A stretch of 64,000 nt of DNA from Terriglobia bacterium. GTDB lineage: Bacteria; Acidobacteriota; Polarisedimenticolia; Polarisedimenticolales; JAIQFR01. The notes under the pieces are model-generated. The model worked only from the letters and a program-made list of their open reading frames with translations. It searched no databases and had not been told where the DNA came from. The stretch covers positions 1,120,001-1,184,000 of the forward strand of contig CAVVHE010000004.1 in NCBI GenBank assembly GCA_963748015.1, written 5' to 3'. Position 1 is the first letter of the stretch. Each line of letters starts with the position of its first letter. Position numbers and translations under genes: made by a program. Shown piece after piece: positions 30,888-40,730 of the stretch.

Positions 30888-32336
30888 TCACCCCTTGATG
30901 ACGCCCATGGGACGGATCCGCGCCACCTTTCTCGACAGCCCCGCGCCGTGCACGACGTCCACGACGTCGGCCACGTCCTTGTAGGCCTCGGGCATTTCCT
31001 CGGCGACGGTCGCCAGCCCGGCGGAACGGATCGAGATCCCGCGGTCGCGCAGCTCGCGGACCAGCGACCGGCCCTGGGCGGCCCGCTTCGCCGCGGTCCG
31101 GCTCATGACCCGGCCCGCGCCGTGGCACGTGCTCCCGAACGTCTCCCGCATCGCGCCCGGGGCCCCCACCAGCACGAACGAGTAGCGCCCCATGTCGCCG
31201 GGAATCAGGACCGGCTGGCCGACGCTCCGGTACTTCTCCGGCACGTCGGGATGCCCGGCCGGGAAGGCGCGCGTCGCTCCCTTGCGGTGGACGCAGACGC
31301 GGCGGGGTCTTCCCTCGACCGCGTGCGTCTCGAACTTGGCCACGTTGTGGCAAACGTCGTAGACGGTGTGCAGGCCGTGGTCCCGCGGCCCGGCGCCGAG
31401 CGCCCGCTCGAACGCCTCGCGCACGCCGTGCGCCATTCGCTGCCGGTTCGCGAAGGCGTAGTTGGCGGCGCAGGCCATCGCGGCGAGGTACTCCTTCGCC
31501 TCGGGAGAGCGGAGGGGGGCGCAGCAGAGCTGGCGGTCGGGGAGGTCGATCCCGTACTTCGCCGCGGCCTTCACCATCCCCTTCACCGCGTCGTCGCAGA
31601 CCTGGTAGCCGAGCCCTCTCGACCCCGAGTGGATCATCACCGTGACGCCGTCCTCGCGGAGCCCGAAGGCCGCGGCCGCCGCCGCGTCATAGACCTCCTC
31701 CACGAAGCCGATCTCGATGAAGTGGTTGCCGCTCCCGACGGTCCCGAGTTGCGAGCGGCCCCGCTCGATCGCGCGGGCAGAGACCGCATCCGGATCGGCC
31801 CCGGGCAGCGCCCCGCCCCCCTCGATCGCGTCGAGATCCGACGCCCAGCCGTAGCCGCGCTCGACGGCCCAGGGGGCCCCGCGCACGAGAAGCTGCCGCT
31901 CCTCCTTCTCGGTGAGCACCTCGTCGCGCCGGTGCGAGCCCACCCCCGTGGGGACAGCCGCAAACAGCGCCTCGACCAGCCGGTCCATGCGGGAGCGGAC
32001 CGCGTCGGCGTCCAGGTTCGAGCGGAGCAGCCGCACGCCGCAGTTGATGTCGTACCCCACCCCCCCGGGCGAGACGACCCCCTCCTCGGCGTCGAAGGCG
32101 GCCACGCCGCCGATCGCGAAGCCGTACCCCCAGTGGGCGTCCGGCATGGCCAGGCTCGAGCCGACGATCCCCGGAAGGCAAGCGACGTTCGCCACCTGCT
32201 CGAGCGCGGGATCGCCGCGGAGGCCCTTCATGAGGGCCTCGTTGGCGAAGACGATCCCGTCGGTTCGCATCCCCCCCTGGCGGGGAATCTGCCAGCGGTA
32301 GTCGTCGAGGCGCCGGGCGGCCGGAATGGGGCTCAT
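30888..32336 (-). CDS. rtcB: RNA-splicing/repair ligase RtcB (long, archease-associated type)
   Basis: MPDAHWGYGFAIGG, GYDINCG, GSGNHF, HSGSRGLG, HNVAK, HRKGAT, HGAGR, EE.PEAYKDV. Confidence 0.97.
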   Translation of the reverse strand: MSPIPAARRLDDYRWQIPRQGGMRTDGIVFANEALMKGLRGDPALEQVANVACLPGIVGSSLAMPDAHWGYGFAIGGVAAFDAEEGVVSPGGVGYDINCGVRLLRSNLDADAVRSRMDRLVEALFAAVPTGVGSHRRDEVLTEKEERQLLVRGAPWAVERGYGWASDLDAIEGGGALPGADPDAVSARAIERGRSQLGTVGSGNHFIEIGFVEEVYDAAAAAAFGLREDGVTVMIHSGSRGLGYQVCDDAVKGMVKAAAKYGIDLPDRQLCCAPLRSPEAKEYLAAMACAANYAFANRQRMAHGVREAFERALGAGPRDHGLHTVYDVCHNVAKFETHAVEGRPRRVCVHRKGATRAFPAGHPDVPEKYRSVGQPVLIPGDMGRYSFVLVGAPGAMRETFGSTCHGAGRVMSRTAAKRAAQGRSLVRELRDRGISIRSAGLATVAEEMPEAYKDVADVVDVVHGAGLSRKVARIRPMGVIKG

Positions 32337-32424
32337 GACGCAGGCCCTCCCTCGTTGCGGCAAGCGTACCATGGCGGATCCTGCGAGAACCGGGGCGGCG
32401 GGGCAACGTCGGCCTTCGCTCGGG

Positions 32425-32440
32425 GGGCACGTTTCTTGCT
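32425..32440 (+). promoter_or_regulatory. Sigma54 -24/-12 promoter upstream of the 15-heme cytochrome
   Basis: GGGCACG-TTTC-TTGCT, 60 bp before ATG 32501. Confidence 0.65.
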
Positions 32441-32500
32441 CGACTTCCGACCCGAGAGGGGGTATGAAGCCTCCATGACCTCTGCTAGGATCGGGCGAAG

Positions 32501-33820
32501 ATGAGCCACAATACCTTCCGAAGGGGGCGGCTGCTCGCTCCGGTCCTCCTCGGCGGCCTGCTCCTGGCGGTCCAGCACGCCCGGGCGGAGGAGACCTGCG
32601 CGACCGCCTCCTGCCACGCCGGGCTGCTCAAGCCCAAGAACGTCCACGCCGCCACGGAGTCGTGCGGCAACTGTCACGAGTCCACGGCGACTCCCCACCC
32701 GCAGGCCGGGAAGAAGACGTTCAAGCTCTCCTCCGACGCCCCAGCGCTCTGCAACGGCTGCCACGACGCGTTCGGGAAGAAGAGCCACGTGCATCCCCCC
32801 GTCAAGGACGGGATGTGCACGACGTGCCACGACCCCCACGCCTCGAACGAGCCCAAGCTCCTTGCACAGCCCCAGAAGGAGCTGTGCGCGATGTGTCACG
32901 AGGACAAGACGGGCGCCAAGTTCCCTCACGGCCCCGTCGCGGCCGGCGATTGCACCGCCTGCCACGTGCCGCACGAGGCCGACGCCAAGGGCCTCCTCCT
33001 CAGGCAGGGAGACGCGGTTTGTTCCGGCTGCCACGAGGACATGCAGGTCGTCCTCAAGAAGAAGTTCGTCCACGACGCCGTGTCGGCCGGCTGCACGTCC
33101 TGCCACAACCCCCACGGCGGCGCCCACCCCAAGCTCCTCGCCGAGGAAGGCGCCGCGCTCTGCTTCGGCTGTCACGACGCCATCTCGGAGACGGTCGGGA
33201 AGTCGCCGGTGGTTCACGCGGCGGTCAAGGACGCGAAGGGGTGCGCGAACTGCCACTCCCCTCACGCCGCCGACCAGGCGAAGCTCCTCCTGAAGCCGCA
33301 GAAGGACCTCTGTCTCGGCTGCCACAAGATGATCGTCACGAAGAACATGACGACGCTCCACGGGCCGATCGCGGAGGGGCAGTGCACCCCCTGCCACGAT
33401 CCGCACGGCGGCCGCTACCCCAAGCTCCTCGTGAAGGACTACCCCGCCGATTCCTACGTCCCGTACACCGACGCGTCCTACGCGCTCTGTTTCGACTGCC
33501 ACAAGCGCGACCTGCTGCAGTACCCCGACACCTCGTTCGCGACCAACTTCCGTGACGGCGAGCGGAACCTCCACTACGTCCACGTGAACAACAAGCAGAA
33601 GGGACGGAGTTGCGGGCTGTGCCACAACCTGCACGGCAGCGCCAACCCGAAGCTGATCGCGGACAGCGTGCCCTTCGGCAAGTGGAGCCTGCCGCTCAAG
33701 TACGTGAAGACGGAGACGGGCGGACAGTGCTCTCCGGGGTGTCACAAGACCTACGCGTACGACCGGCAGGTCCCCGGCCGCAAGCCCGAGGCACCAAAGG
33801 CCGCGCCCAAGGGGAAGTGA
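32501..33820 (+). CDS. Periplasmic multiheme cytochrome c (13 CxxCH + CX4CH + CX3CH; doubled-CxxCH repeat type)
   Basis: Signal peptide; repeated H.PV..G.C..CH.PH....KLL.....LC..CH units; CATASCH and CSPGCH at the ends. Confidence 0.93.
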   Translation: MSHNTFRRGRLLAPVLLGGLLLAVQHARAEETCATASCHAGLLKPKNVHAATESCGNCHESTATPHPQAGKKTFKLSSDAPALCNGCHDAFGKKSHVHPPVKDGMCTTCHDPHASNEPKLLAQPQKELCAMCHEDKTGAKFPHGPVAAGDCTACHVPHEADAKGLLLRQGDAVCSGCHEDMQVVLKKKFVHDAVSAGCTSCHNPHGGAHPKLLAEEGAALCFGCHDAISETVGKSPVVHAAVKDAKGCANCHSPHAADQAKLLLKPQKDLCLGCHKMIVTKNMTTLHGPIAEGQCTPCHDPHGGRYPKLLVKDYPADSYVPYTDASYALCFDCHKRDLLQYPDTSFATNFRDGERNLHYVHVNNKQKGRSCGLCHNLHGSANPKLIADSVPFGKWSLPLKYVKTETGGQCSPGCHKTYAYDRQVPGRKPEAPKAAPKGK

Positions 33821-33832
33821 CGCCTCGGCCGG

Positions 33833-35692
33833 TCACGGGTACGAGTGCGAGGTGCCCTGGTGCGCCACGCCGTGGCAGACGAGGTCGCAGCTTCCCGAGT
33901 ACGTCCCGCCGTCGTTGAACACCGGATAGCGGTTCGTTCCCCTCGGCAGGACGATCCTCGTGTCGAAGTTCACGAGGTGCGTGTGGGAGCCGGTTCCCGA
34001 CCCGCCGTCGTCGTTCACCCCGTGCGGATCGTGGCAGGTCGAGCACGGCGCGCCCGCGGCGAGGTGCCCGCTGTGTCCCCCGCCCGAGGGGGTGGTCCGG
34101 ATCCCCTTCTTCCGGAAGCTGACGTCGCTCGCGATGCTCGACCGGTCGTGGCAGCGGTAGCAGAGCGCGTAGTTCTCGAAGCTCTCCGGCGTGTAGTCCG
34201 CCGTCTCGTAGCGTTCCCGTAGGATCGGCGCGAACGCCGAGCCGTGGGGCCCGCTCGAGCCGCCCTCGTCGTCGGCGTGGCAGGCGGTGCAGTAGATCAC
34301 CTGCGTCGGGCTCATGGCGGGCTCGAGCGGCGAAGGGATGCTCGGCACCTCGAAGCTGTGTCCGCCCTCGACTACCGGGTGATACGACGGGTTGACGGGA
34401 TCGAAGGCCAGCCGCTTGTTCGTGCCGCCGACGACCCGGGGCACGAAGTCGAGGTCCGGTGTGTTGTCGCCGTGGCACTTGAAGCAGACCTCGTACTCGT
34501 AGGTCGCCGTTCTCACCTCCAGGCCGTTCCGGTCCACCCCGCCGACCCCTCGAAGCATGCCGGACACGTAGGGCGGCTCGCCCCCGAGGTCGTTGAGCTG
34601 GTGAGGGTTGTGGCAGTCCGAGCAGCCGACGCTCCGGATGCCGGTCCGCGCCGCCCCTCCCGGCGTGCTCATCGCCGGAACGACCTCGACCCCCGGCGGG
34701 TGATGCCCCGAGGGCTTGCGCCCCTGCCGGTCGATGTCGGCCATGGCGTTGGGCGCGCGAACGAACGTCCCGTCGGGCGCCGATACGACCCCCGCCGCCG
34801 AGGCATGCGGCGCGGCCGGCTGCGAGGAGTGGCATCCCGCGGTGGTGCACGAGAACGGCTCGGGCGGAAGGGAGGTGAAGTTGAGCAGGAATGCCGCCGT
34901 GGGCGCGAAGTGCGGCGCGTGGCAGGTCTCGCAGCCCCACTCTCCCAGCTCCGCGTAGGTCGGCCAGGTCTTCGGAGGCCGCGGGAGGATCCCGGCGACC
35001 GAAGCCGTGGAGGTCGCGTGGGCCGACCCGGTCCATCCCGTGATCTGGTGGCAGGTGACGCAAAGCGCCGAGTAGCGGTTGTCCCGGACCAGGAATCGCC
35101 CGTTCGAGTCGTCGTGCGGGTCGTGGCAGGTGATGCAGTGGATCTCGTCGGCGCCGCCGTAGACGAGCTCCGGCGGCGGCGTCGGGGACAGCTCCGCGTT
35201 GGGAAGGGACGCGTTGTAGGGGAACGAAACGGGGTGGTGGCCGGAGAGGTCGAGCCCGAAGTTCGAGAGGCTCCCGGCCGGAAGCCGGTCGGACCCCGCC
35301 ATCGCGATGCCGCCCGCGGGGTTCACCACCGCGCCCATGGCGATCGTCCCGTCGTGGCAGCTCAGGCAGAGCTTGGTCGGGCCGGACGGCTGCGGGAGCG
35401 GGCCGGCCCTGAGGGTCGGGCTCGCGTAGACGGAGTAGACCTGCGGCTCGATCTCCTTGTTCCACAGCGGCGATAGCGGCGTCGCGTTGTGCGGCGTGTG
35501 GCAGAAGACGCAGATGCGCGTCTCGGTCAGCGCGCGGACCGTTCCCGTGCCGGACACCGAGAGGTTGTGCTTCGTGTCGACGATGTCCGCCGGGACGGCG
35601 AGAGCGGCTCCCGTCGCGAAAGCGAGCGCGCAGATCGCCGCGCTCAGGACGCGCTCGGGACCGCGGCGAGGATCAGCCACGGCTCTCTGCAT
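33833..35692 (-). CDS. 12-heme cytochrome c with an N-terminal OmcE-like tetraheme domain
   Basis: TKHNLS...ICVFCHTPHN...PLWN...LCLSCHDG...HHPVSF...CITCHDPH...LCVTCH, then six more CxxCH plus CTTAGCH and CDLVCH. Confidence 0.9.
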   Translation of the reverse strand: MQRAVADPRRGPERVLSAAICALAFATGAALAVPADIVDTKHNLSVSGTGTVRALTETRICVFCHTPHNATPLSPLWNKEIEPQVYSVYASPTLRAGPLPQPSGPTKLCLSCHDGTIAMGAVVNPAGGIAMAGSDRLPAGSLSNFGLDLSGHHPVSFPYNASLPNAELSPTPPPELVYGGADEIHCITCHDPHDDSNGRFLVRDNRYSALCVTCHQITGWTGSAHATSTASVAGILPRPPKTWPTYAELGEWGCETCHAPHFAPTAAFLLNFTSLPPEPFSCTTAGCHSSQPAAPHASAAGVVSAPDGTFVRAPNAMADIDRQGRKPSGHHPPGVEVVPAMSTPGGAARTGIRSVGCSDCHNPHQLNDLGGEPPYVSGMLRGVGGVDRNGLEVRTATYEYEVCFKCHGDNTPDLDFVPRVVGGTNKRLAFDPVNPSYHPVVEGGHSFEVPSIPSPLEPAMSPTQVIYCTACHADDEGGSSGPHGSAFAPILRERYETADYTPESFENYALCYRCHDRSSIASDVSFRKKGIRTTPSGGGHSGHLAAGAPCSTCHDPHGVNDDGGSGTGSHTHLVNFDTRIVLPRGTNRYPVFNDGGTYSGSCDLVCHGVAHQGTSHSYP

Positions 35693-36737
35693 ATCCCACC
35701 GTGACGCGGAAGACCTGGATCCGCCGATTGTACGTGTCGCACACATAGAGCTCATCGCTTTCGCTGAGGAAGACGCCCGTCGGCAGCCAGAACTCTCCGA
35801 GGTCGACTCCCCTTCTGCCCAGCGTCAGGAGGAAGTCGCCGCCGCGGGTGAAGAGCTGGACGTTGTCGAAGATCCCGTCCACCACGTAGACGACGCCGTC
35901 GCGATCCGCGGCCACCCCCTTGGGCATGGCCAGGTCCCCCGAGCCGTCGCCGTGCCGCCCGAAGGTGCCCAGCACCTTCCCGTCCTCGTCGAAGATCTCC
36001 ACCCGGAAATTGAGCGCGTCCGTCACGTAGAGCTCGCCCGCTGCGGACCGGAAGATGTGGGTGGGGAAGTTGAACCGGCCGGGAGCGTCGCCCCGCTCGC
36101 CGAACGAGAACGCGACCGCGCCCTCGCGGGAGAACGCGTGCACCTCGTTCGCGAGCGTGTCCACGACGTAGAGCAGCTTCCGGGTCGGACTGTAGGCCAG
36201 GCCGGTCGGACGCCGCAGCGGCTCGCCGCCGGCGCTCTTGATCACGAATCGCAGCTCGCCGCCCGGGCCGAACGCGAGCACCTTGCCGGCCGAATCGGAG
36301 ACGTAGAGGCCGAGCCCGTCGTCGAAGACCAGGCCGACCGGCGAGACGATCCGGTCCGCGTCCGGCCCGATGAGCTCGAGGTAGCGCTCCTGCGCGGGGA
36401 GATACAGGTGGACGGAGCGGCGTCCCATGTCGGCCACCGCGACACGCCCGTCCGCCCCCGCCGCCACCGCGACGGGCAGGACGAACGCGTGCTGATCCGA
36501 TGCCTCGCGCCCGATCAACACCGACTTCATGGCGCTGCCCGCGGTCTTCCGCCTCTCCATGCCGCTCAGCGACCGAACGAAGGTCACCTTCGCCGCGTTC
36601 GGCTGATAAGGCCACTGCAATGCGACTTCCGTCGTCGCCGTCCGGAGCTTCCAGCTCGAGGCGCAGCCCGCGGCGAGAAGGGCCGCCGCGACGGCCGCCG
36701 CCACCCCCATGCCGATCACCCCCGCGGCGCGGGCCAT
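35673..36737 (-). CDS. NHL-repeat 6-bladed beta-propeller lipoprotein
   Basis: Lipobox LAAGC, WPYQP..AKV.F, repeats such as FNFPTHI, LAMPKGVA, FWLPTGV, YVCDTYNRRIQVF. Confidence 0.9.
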   Translation of the reverse strand: MARAAGVIGMGVAAAVAAALLAAGCASSWKLRTATTEVALQWPYQPNAAKVTFVRSLSGMERRKTAGSAMKSVLIGREASDQHAFVLPVAVAAGADGRVAVADMGRRSVHLYLPAQERYLELIGPDADRIVSPVGLVFDDGLGLYVSDSAGKVLAFGPGGELRFVIKSAGGEPLRRPTGLAYSPTRKLLYVVDTLANEVHAFSREGAVAFSFGERGDAPGRFNFPTHIFRSAAGELYVTDALNFRVEIFDEDGKVLGTFGRHGDGSGDLAMPKGVAADRDGVVYVVDGIFDNVQLFTRGGDFLLTLGRRGVDLGEFWLPTGVFLSESDELYVCDTYNRRIQVFRVTVGYAESRG

Positions 36738-38778
36738 CAGAAGCTCCTCCTCGCCTTGATGAAAACGAGTCCGTGATCGCGGCGCGAGGTCGACGTCGTC
36801 GCGCTCGACGAGTCGGCGGAGTAGGCGCTCAGGCCCGCGTTCAGGTCGAGCTTGCCGACCCTCCACACGAGGGTCGAGTTCAGCGAGTACGAATCGCTTT
36901 CCACGAGTCCCCGGAAGTTCGAGTAGGTGGCGCCCGCGGAAAGCGACATGTTCCGGCGGTCGAATTTCTTTTGCACGTTGCAGGTCGCCGTGACCACTCG
37001 ATCGGTGTACGGAACCGGGTCGTAGGGCGAGGCCCCCTGGGGGAAGTGCTTGTTCAGGACCGAGGCGACCGCGTAGAGGTTCATCGTCGGGTCGAGCGTC
37101 GCGATGTACTGGAGCTCCTCCCGCCACGCGGTGTAGGGGCTCACGTCCCAGTCGAGCTCCTGGTACTCCGCCGTCCCCCTTATCCCCCCCTTCTGGACCA
37201 TCAGGCCGACGGTGTGGGAGGTCGAGTCCACGGGCACGCCGGGAAAGTCGCCCGAGAGGACCTTCGAGCGGACCGCGGCGTAGCCGTAGTACGGCGTGAA
37301 CAATCGGTCGAGGAGCTCCACGCTGAGATTGTACCCGGTGCCGTCGGTGCGTAGCTCGAAGTGGCCGGCGACCAGCGAGTAGGTGACCTCGAAGTCGAAG
37401 GTCCCCGGCACCGCGAACTCCGGGGGAGGGTCAGGAGCTGGATCTCGAACGTGTTCCCCACGGCGGCGACGATGTAGTGCACGTTCTCGACGAGCGGCAC
37501 CAGCTCGTTCGGCGGCAGGGGCGACTTGAGGAAGACGACGATGCTGGCCGGGTCCGCGTTGGGCCGGCCGAGAGTGATCCGTCCCGGGACGGCCGTTCCC
37601 GGGTGAGCCTCGTTGACGACGTCCGCCTTGCCGGTGTTCTCCGTGTCCGACCGCCCGACGCTGAGCCCCGCGAGCACCCGCCCCGGCTGGATCGACTTCG
37701 AATAGCTCAGGTTGAGCTGGCTGGACAGCAGGCCGCTGTCCCCGCCCGTCGACTCCCGGCTGTCCTTGAGCAGGACGTAGGTCGTGTCGAGGCTGTCGTA
37801 CAGCCGGTGAACCAGGTTCAGGCGGAATTCGTTGTAGCGGTCGTCGAACTGTCGCGGCTCGTTTTCCAAGGGAGAACGGATCGAGTTCTGGCTGTCCTGC
37901 TTGCGGTAGGAGACGTCCGCCCGCAGCTTCGCCGGAAGGTAGGTCGTCAGGAGGAAGTACTCCGAGCCGTCGTCGCTGTGGACGTCCCCCGAGAAGGGAC
38001 TGCTCTGGTCGATCGTGTCGCGAGACGCGCTGGCACTCAGCCTCACGCGCTTCACGTCGAGGGTGCCGCTCAGCGCGCGCTGCCGCGCCTCTCCCTCGAG
38101 TCCCTGGGACGTCGAGAAGTCGTTCGGATTGAAGTTCACCGCGAGGGAGAACTGGTTCCCCCCCTTGAACCGCCGGAAGTACTCCCCGCCGGCGTTCACC
38201 CGCCGCGCCTCGGTCGTCGTCGCGCCCGAGTCCACGGTGTCGTCGCTGAACCGGAAATGTCCGAACCACGGTTTCCGGCGGTAGCGGAAGAACGCCCCGT
38301 AGCTGCTCTGCATCCCGTTACGCTGCGATGCCGACTGCTCGCGCAGCAGCGGCTCGTAACGCAGGGCGAACAGCTCGAGGTTGTAGAAGTGCTCGGGGAG
38401 CAGGAGGAGCCTCACGTCGTACTCGAACGCGTTGCCGCGGCGCCAGCCCTGGCTCGGCAGCGTCGTGATCTCGTAGTACTCCTGCTTCAGCGCCTCGGAG
38501 AACGACGATTGGTACTGCAGGAACCGGGGATGGTAGAAGTAGCCCGAGGACGCCAGCGTGACCTTCTCCCGGAAGAACGTGTCGTTCCACGTGGAGTCCA
38601 CGGGGCCGTAGCGGATGTGGTCCTGCTCGTAGAAGCCGTAGAGGTCGAGGTAGATGTTGTTCTGGAAGGGCACAGGCAGGATGTCCCGCCAGTCCGCGCC
38701 GGCGGGAAGGCCGGCGAGCAGCGCCAGCCCGACGAGCGCCGGAACGATCCCGCGACGCGACGCTCTACCCGCCTTCAT
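36737..38778 (-). CDS. Large outer-membrane beta-barrel (porin of a porin-cytochrome conduit), about 680 aa; apparent frameshift in a homopolymer at 37422-37426
   Basis: Signal peptide, amphipathic Tyr/Ser/Thr-rich strands, GYFYHPRF motif, C-terminal Phe. One extra C joins ...IQLLTLP to PEFAVPGTFDFEVTYSL... Confidence 0.78.
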
Positions 38779-39311
38779 TTCAGGAGGTACCGGTTGTCGG
38801 ACATGTGAGCGTCATGGCAGTCCGTGCACGCCTGCTCCACGCCGGCATGCGCCGCGACCCTCGAGACGGCCTGCTTGTCGTGGCACTGCAGGCAGAACGC
38901 CTCGGGCTCGGAGACCAGCAGGTAGCGGTACCTGGAGCTGTGAGGATCGTGGCACGATAGGCACCCCCCCGCCGCCAGCGGCCCGTGCACGTACTTCTTG
39001 TCCCGCGGGAGCCGGTGACAGATGAAGCACAACTCGTCCTTCGGCACGATGAGGGCGTTGGTCGCCGCCGACTCGTGACAGGCCCCGCAGAGCTTGGCCG
39101 CGAAAGGGCCGTGCTCCCCGAAGAGGCGGCCCGGCACCCCCGGGCCGCTTGCCGCCGCAGCCGCCTGCTCCCCTCCCGGAGTCGTCCCCTGGTTGGGCTC
39201 GGGAACTCCGTCGAAGAAGACGGTCAGGACCTTGTGACGGGTGGCGACACTGCAGCCCGCCGCGAGCGCGGCCGCGGTACAGCAGGCGACCAGTGCGGCC
39301 CGCGCGTTCAT
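38775..39311 (-). CDS. Pentaheme cytochrome c lipoprotein
   Basis: Lipobox LAAGC, VLTVFFDGVP, CGACH, CFICH, CLSCH, CLQCH, CTDCH. Stop overlaps the porin start. Confidence 0.9.
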   Translation of the reverse strand: MNARAALVACCTAAALAAGCSVATRHKVLTVFFDGVPEPNQGTTPGGEQAAAAASGPGVPGRLFGEHGPFAAKLCGACHESAATNALIVPKDELCFICHRLPRDKKYVHGPLAAGGCLSCHDPHSSRYRYLLVSEPEAFCLQCHDKQAVSRVAAHAGVEQACTDCHDAHMSDNRYLLK

Positions 39312-39332
39312 CGCATCACGACGCGAGGCCCC

Positions 39333-40541
39333 TCACCGGGTCGGCGCTCCCGGCGGGGCTTGTGGCGGAGGGGACGCGGGCTCCTTGGGCTCCGCCCGTT
39401 GCCGCTCCTGCTCCCGGATCTTCTCGAGCTCCTTGTTCCGCTTCTCCTCGATCTGCTTCAGGAGCTCGTCGTCCTTCGGGTACGTCTTCCCCTTCTGCTT
39501 TCCGTAGGCGAGGACGTTGACCATGCGGTTCCCGAACTGGCTCGTCACCAGGATCAGGTACTCGACCTGGAAGCTCGGCTCGACGTACTGCTGGAAGTAG
39601 GGAACGTCGTCGTAGTCGATCGTCACCTTCGCGGGGAGCACGAAGTTCCCCGCCTGCTCGCCCGGCCCTCCGAAGAACATGAGCAGGCGCCCGTCGTTAT
39701 TGAAGATCTGGACGTTGTTGAACGAGGCGTCCACCGCGAGGAGGCGGCCCTCGCGATCCACGGCGATTCCCTTCGGCCTCGCGAAGTGCCCGAGGTTGTC
39801 CCCCGGCCTGCCGAACGTGGACTTGAAGTGCCCGTCCCGGTCGAACTTGACCACCTGGAAACGGCCGATGTCGGTGACGTAGAGATAGCCGTCGCGATCG
39901 AACGCCAGATTGGTGGGGCGGTCGATGCGCTCGGACGGCTCCCCCTTGTCCCCGATGGTCTTGATCATCTGGCCGCTCTCGCGGTCGAAGACCTTGATCA
40001 ACCCGTTCTGGATGTCGGCCACGTACAGCCGGTTCTCGAACGGCACGGCATCCACGGGTCGCCAGGAGCCCGGCTCGCCGAAGGCCCCCGCGTACTCGTC
40101 GTTCCGGTCGAACACGACGACCTGCCCCCGCGCGGGGTCGGAGACGAACTTCGTTCCGTCGGGCTCGATCGTGACGTTGGTGGGCTGCACTAGCCGCCCC
40201 GGCCCGGCCGCTCCCTTGAGGTTCGAGAAGGTCTTGTTCTTGAGATCGAAGACCACGACCGAATTGTTGGTGTCGCAGACGTAGATCCGGCCGTCGAACA
40301 TCGCGACGCCGTACGGCTTGTCCAGCTTGACGTCCTGGACCTCGCCGACCACGAAGCGGTTGAAGGCCGACTGCTCCTCGACGTCCTTGAGGCCGTTGTA
40401 CGAGGTCAGGAACACGACGCGCGGCAGCTCGGGCGCGGGAGGAAAGTAGACCGCCGCTTCCTTCTTCCGCGCGGGCGCCGCGCATCCCACGACGAGGAGT
40501 GCGAGCAGGACAGTGGACGCGCGCGTCGAACGTTTCACCAT
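39333..40541 (-). CDS. NHL-repeat beta-propeller lipoprotein
   Basis: Lipobox VVGC, FPPAPELPRVVF, LDKPYGV, IDRPTNL, FARPKGIAVD, FVLPAKV. Confidence 0.9.
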   Translation of the reverse strand: MVKRSTRASTVLLALLVVGCAAPARKKEAAVYFPPAPELPRVVFLTSYNGLKDVEEQSAFNRFVVGEVQDVKLDKPYGVAMFDGRIYVCDTNNSVVVFDLKNKTFSNLKGAAGPGRLVQPTNVTIEPDGTKFVSDPARGQVVVFDRNDEYAGAFGEPGSWRPVDAVPFENRLYVADIQNGLIKVFDRESGQMIKTIGDKGEPSERIDRPTNLAFDRDGYLYVTDIGRFQVVKFDRDGHFKSTFGRPGDNLGHFARPKGIAVDREGRLLAVDASFNNVQIFNNDGRLLMFFGGPGEQAGNFVLPAKVTIDYDDVPYFQQYVEPSFQVEYLILVTSQFGNRMVNVLAYGKQKGKTYPKDDELLKQIEEKRNKELEKIREQERQRAEPKEPASPPPQAPPGAPTR

Positions 40542-40663
40542 CGGGATCCTCCCGCAAATCGCCGGTCCGGCAGGCTCACCGGGAGCGCTGGGCTGCGCTC
40601 CGGAATGGTCGAGTTTAGCACTTCCCGGCGCCCGCGCTGCCCTCCGTCGGCCCGGGGCCGCCC

Positions 40664-40702
40664 AAAAAGCGAGAGGGGAATGGCGGGCCATTCCCCTCTC
40701 GC
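40664..40702 (-). terminator. Rho-independent terminator after the OmcE-like gene
   Basis: Perfect 15-bp stem (40669-40683/40688-40702) with a 4-nt loop, followed by U5 on the minus strand. Confidence 0.85.
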
Positions 40703-40730
40703 ACGAGCCTGGTTGCGAATTCGCGATGCG

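Noticed and set aside
40615..40623. TTAGCACTT, a CIRCE half-site look-alike
   Set aside because: No second half-site; overlaps a plausible -10 on the opposite strand.
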